Shown here: positions 62,331 to 64,000 of the stretch, piece by piece
Position numbering within the stretch: position 1 is the stretch's first letter
How the letters are laid out: the number at the start of each line of letters is the position of its first letter
From: Selaginella moellendorffii
Taxonomy: Eukaryota > Plantae > Lycopodiophyta
Assembly: GCF_000143415.4 (NCBI RefSeq)
Contig: NW_003314275.1
Coordinates: 498,759 to 562,758 of the forward strand
Length of the DNA: 64,000 nucleotides
Reading direction: 5' to 3'
The notes under the pieces: generated by a model
Database searches by the model: none
Told to the model about the DNA's origin: nothing
What the model saw: the letters and a program-made list of their open reading frames with translations, nothing else
Program-made: the position numbers and the translations under genes

Positions 62331-62624
62331 TTATTTAGAACCACGAGGAGATGAAAGCTCATTAGGAGGAGGTAAATCTTCCTCGGGAGGAGATAAAGGA
62401 TCTGATGAAGGTGATGGAATTTTCCCAATATTTGGACAAAGATTAGTGTCCATATCAGGATCATCCTTGCAAATTTCATCAACACATGCAATTTTACCTT
62501 TACATTCATCATCTGAATTACATGATTCTCCACATGTTTTTAATGGTGCACTCTTTACTATATATATTAAAAATGATACAAAAATAAGAAGTAAAATGGT
62601 AGAGTAAACACTTTTCTTGGCCAT
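62331..62624 (-). CDS. Second identical copy of the kissper-like secreted peptide
   Basis: Same translation as 53217-53510. Confidence 0.8.
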   Translation of the reverse strand: MAKKSVYSTILLLIFVSFLIYIVKSAPLKTCGESCNSDDECKGKIACVDEICKDDPDMDTNLCPNIGKIPSPSSDPLSPPEEDLPPPNELSSPRGSK

Positions 62625-62902
62625 GAATACTGATAAGAATTTATAGAAGAAGTAATACAATAGGTAGAGAAAACTACTTGATTTAAATACTCTAAAATAT
62701 TAATAGAATATGAGATATTACACAATGTTTAGCTTTTGTCCTTACAAATATGATAGTTACAAAGTAATTAAAACAAAAAGACAAAAGACAGGCTTAGGGT
62801 TTAGGTTGTGGAGTCAAACTAGGTAATTGGTGTGCCAAACAATATAAAAGATGGAAATTTATTTACTTCTTTTATTTATAAATGATTTATTGATTTATTG
62901 AT

Positions 62903-63193
62903 TTATTTAGAACCAACAGGAGATAAAAGCTCATTAGGAGGAGGTAAATCTTCCTCAGGAGGAGGTAAAAGATCTAAAGAAGGTGATTGAATTTTCCCAA
63001 TATTGGACAAAGACTAGTATTCGTATTGAAATCATCCTTGTAAATTCCATCAAAGCATGCAAGTTTACCTTTACATTCACCATGTGAACTATATGATTCT
63101 CCACATTTTTTTAATGGTGCACTCTTTACTATATATTAAAACTAATACAAAAATAAGAAGTAAAATTGTAGAGTAAAGATTTTTTCTTGCCAT
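62903..63193 (-). pseudogene. Frameshifted kissper-like paralog (duplicate of 53789-54079)
   Basis: Near-identical to 53789-54079. Confidence 0.8.
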
Positions 63194-64000
63194 AAATACA
63201 AATAAGGATACAAATGAAAAAAAGTGATACAATAGGAAGAGAAAATTACTTGACTTAGATACCACCAAAATATCAATAAAATATAATATATTCAACAATG
63301 TTTAGCTTTTGTCCTTACCAATATAATACACACAAAGTAATTAAAAACAAAAGAACTACTAATATAATTGATATACTCCACAATTATGGTATGCCATTTA
63401 TCTCCCTTTGCACTCACTCTCTTTTTGTTTGGGGTTATTCGATCTTATTGACATTCATTAATAACAATATTTAATTGGCCCAGTAGAAAATAATTTAATT
63501 TGCACCTTAAATCCTAAACCCTAAACACACTATTCCTATTATACATTTGGAACTCGTTATGCTTGTCGTTATATATATTAGGCCTCACTCTACTATTGCA
63601 TCTATTTAATTTCACTATGTTTGGGCTAAATATTTTATTTGGATTCACTACCCTTATCTTCACTTTACAATCCATATCACTACATTGTGGGATCTAGGAC
63701 TGTACATCTTTAGGGGCTTTTTATATCTTTGAGAAAGTATAGGCACCATACAAATGGAGATCAAGTGAGAGCAATGTACTTGCATTGATCTCACGATTGA
63801 CTCATATCCTTTATATCGTTAGGCACAGTCACATGTGAGAGATGAGGCTAGGGACCATGGATAAAGCACAAAGTTCACAACCACTAAGGATTGTGAACAT
63901 GCATTTGTGGAGTGAGTGGCATGAATTTGAGTTGCACAGAATTGGACTCTTTGTCCCTTGATCTAGACCACATAAAACCAGAATTCTAGTCCATTGATCC

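Larger units (their letters stand above)
61305..64000 (+). repeat. Near-identical direct duplicate of ~51975-54885
   Basis: Identical translated ORFs at an offset of 9114 bp. The few mismatches cluster near the window end. Confidence 0.92.

Noticed and set aside
61305-64000. Second intact kissper locus as a proven recent duplication
   Set aside because: Near-identity, the adjacent gap and error-like mismatches at the end make haplotype or assembly redundancy equally plausible.

Overview
Eukaryotic (land-plant) repeat-dense DNA with two assembly gaps. The 47-60 bp GT-AG introns and the retroelement types suggest a non-seed plant such as a lycophyte (Selaginella-like); this host call is inference. 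Most of the window is a nest of Ty3/gypsy LTR retrotransposons, and five insertions can be delimited by LTRs, primer-binding sites (PBS) and target-site duplications (TSD). Removing them reassembles an older, decayed ~7 kb unit. It has a Mutator(MULE)-like DDE transposase with an N-terminal GCM/WRKY-like Zn domain on the minus strand (~18.3 kb to ~7.7 kb, split by a Ty3 insertion). Head-to-head with it is an intron-containing gene for a ParB/Srx-like domain plus a prokaryote-type beta-class DNA amino-methyltransferase (6mA/4mC family; plus strand, ~28.7-31.6 kb and 44.7-45.2 kb, split by a Tat-like element). The unit ends in a 10-bp-phased TTGACT array. The only intact host-like genes are small secreted peptides with the kiwellin 'kissper' Cys spacing but no DPBB/barwin domain. 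They occur as three tandem pairs, one inside the loop of a ~740 bp inverted repeat. A non-coding, LARD-like LTR family is scattered throughout. All family assignments come from manual translation and motif recognition, not database searches.
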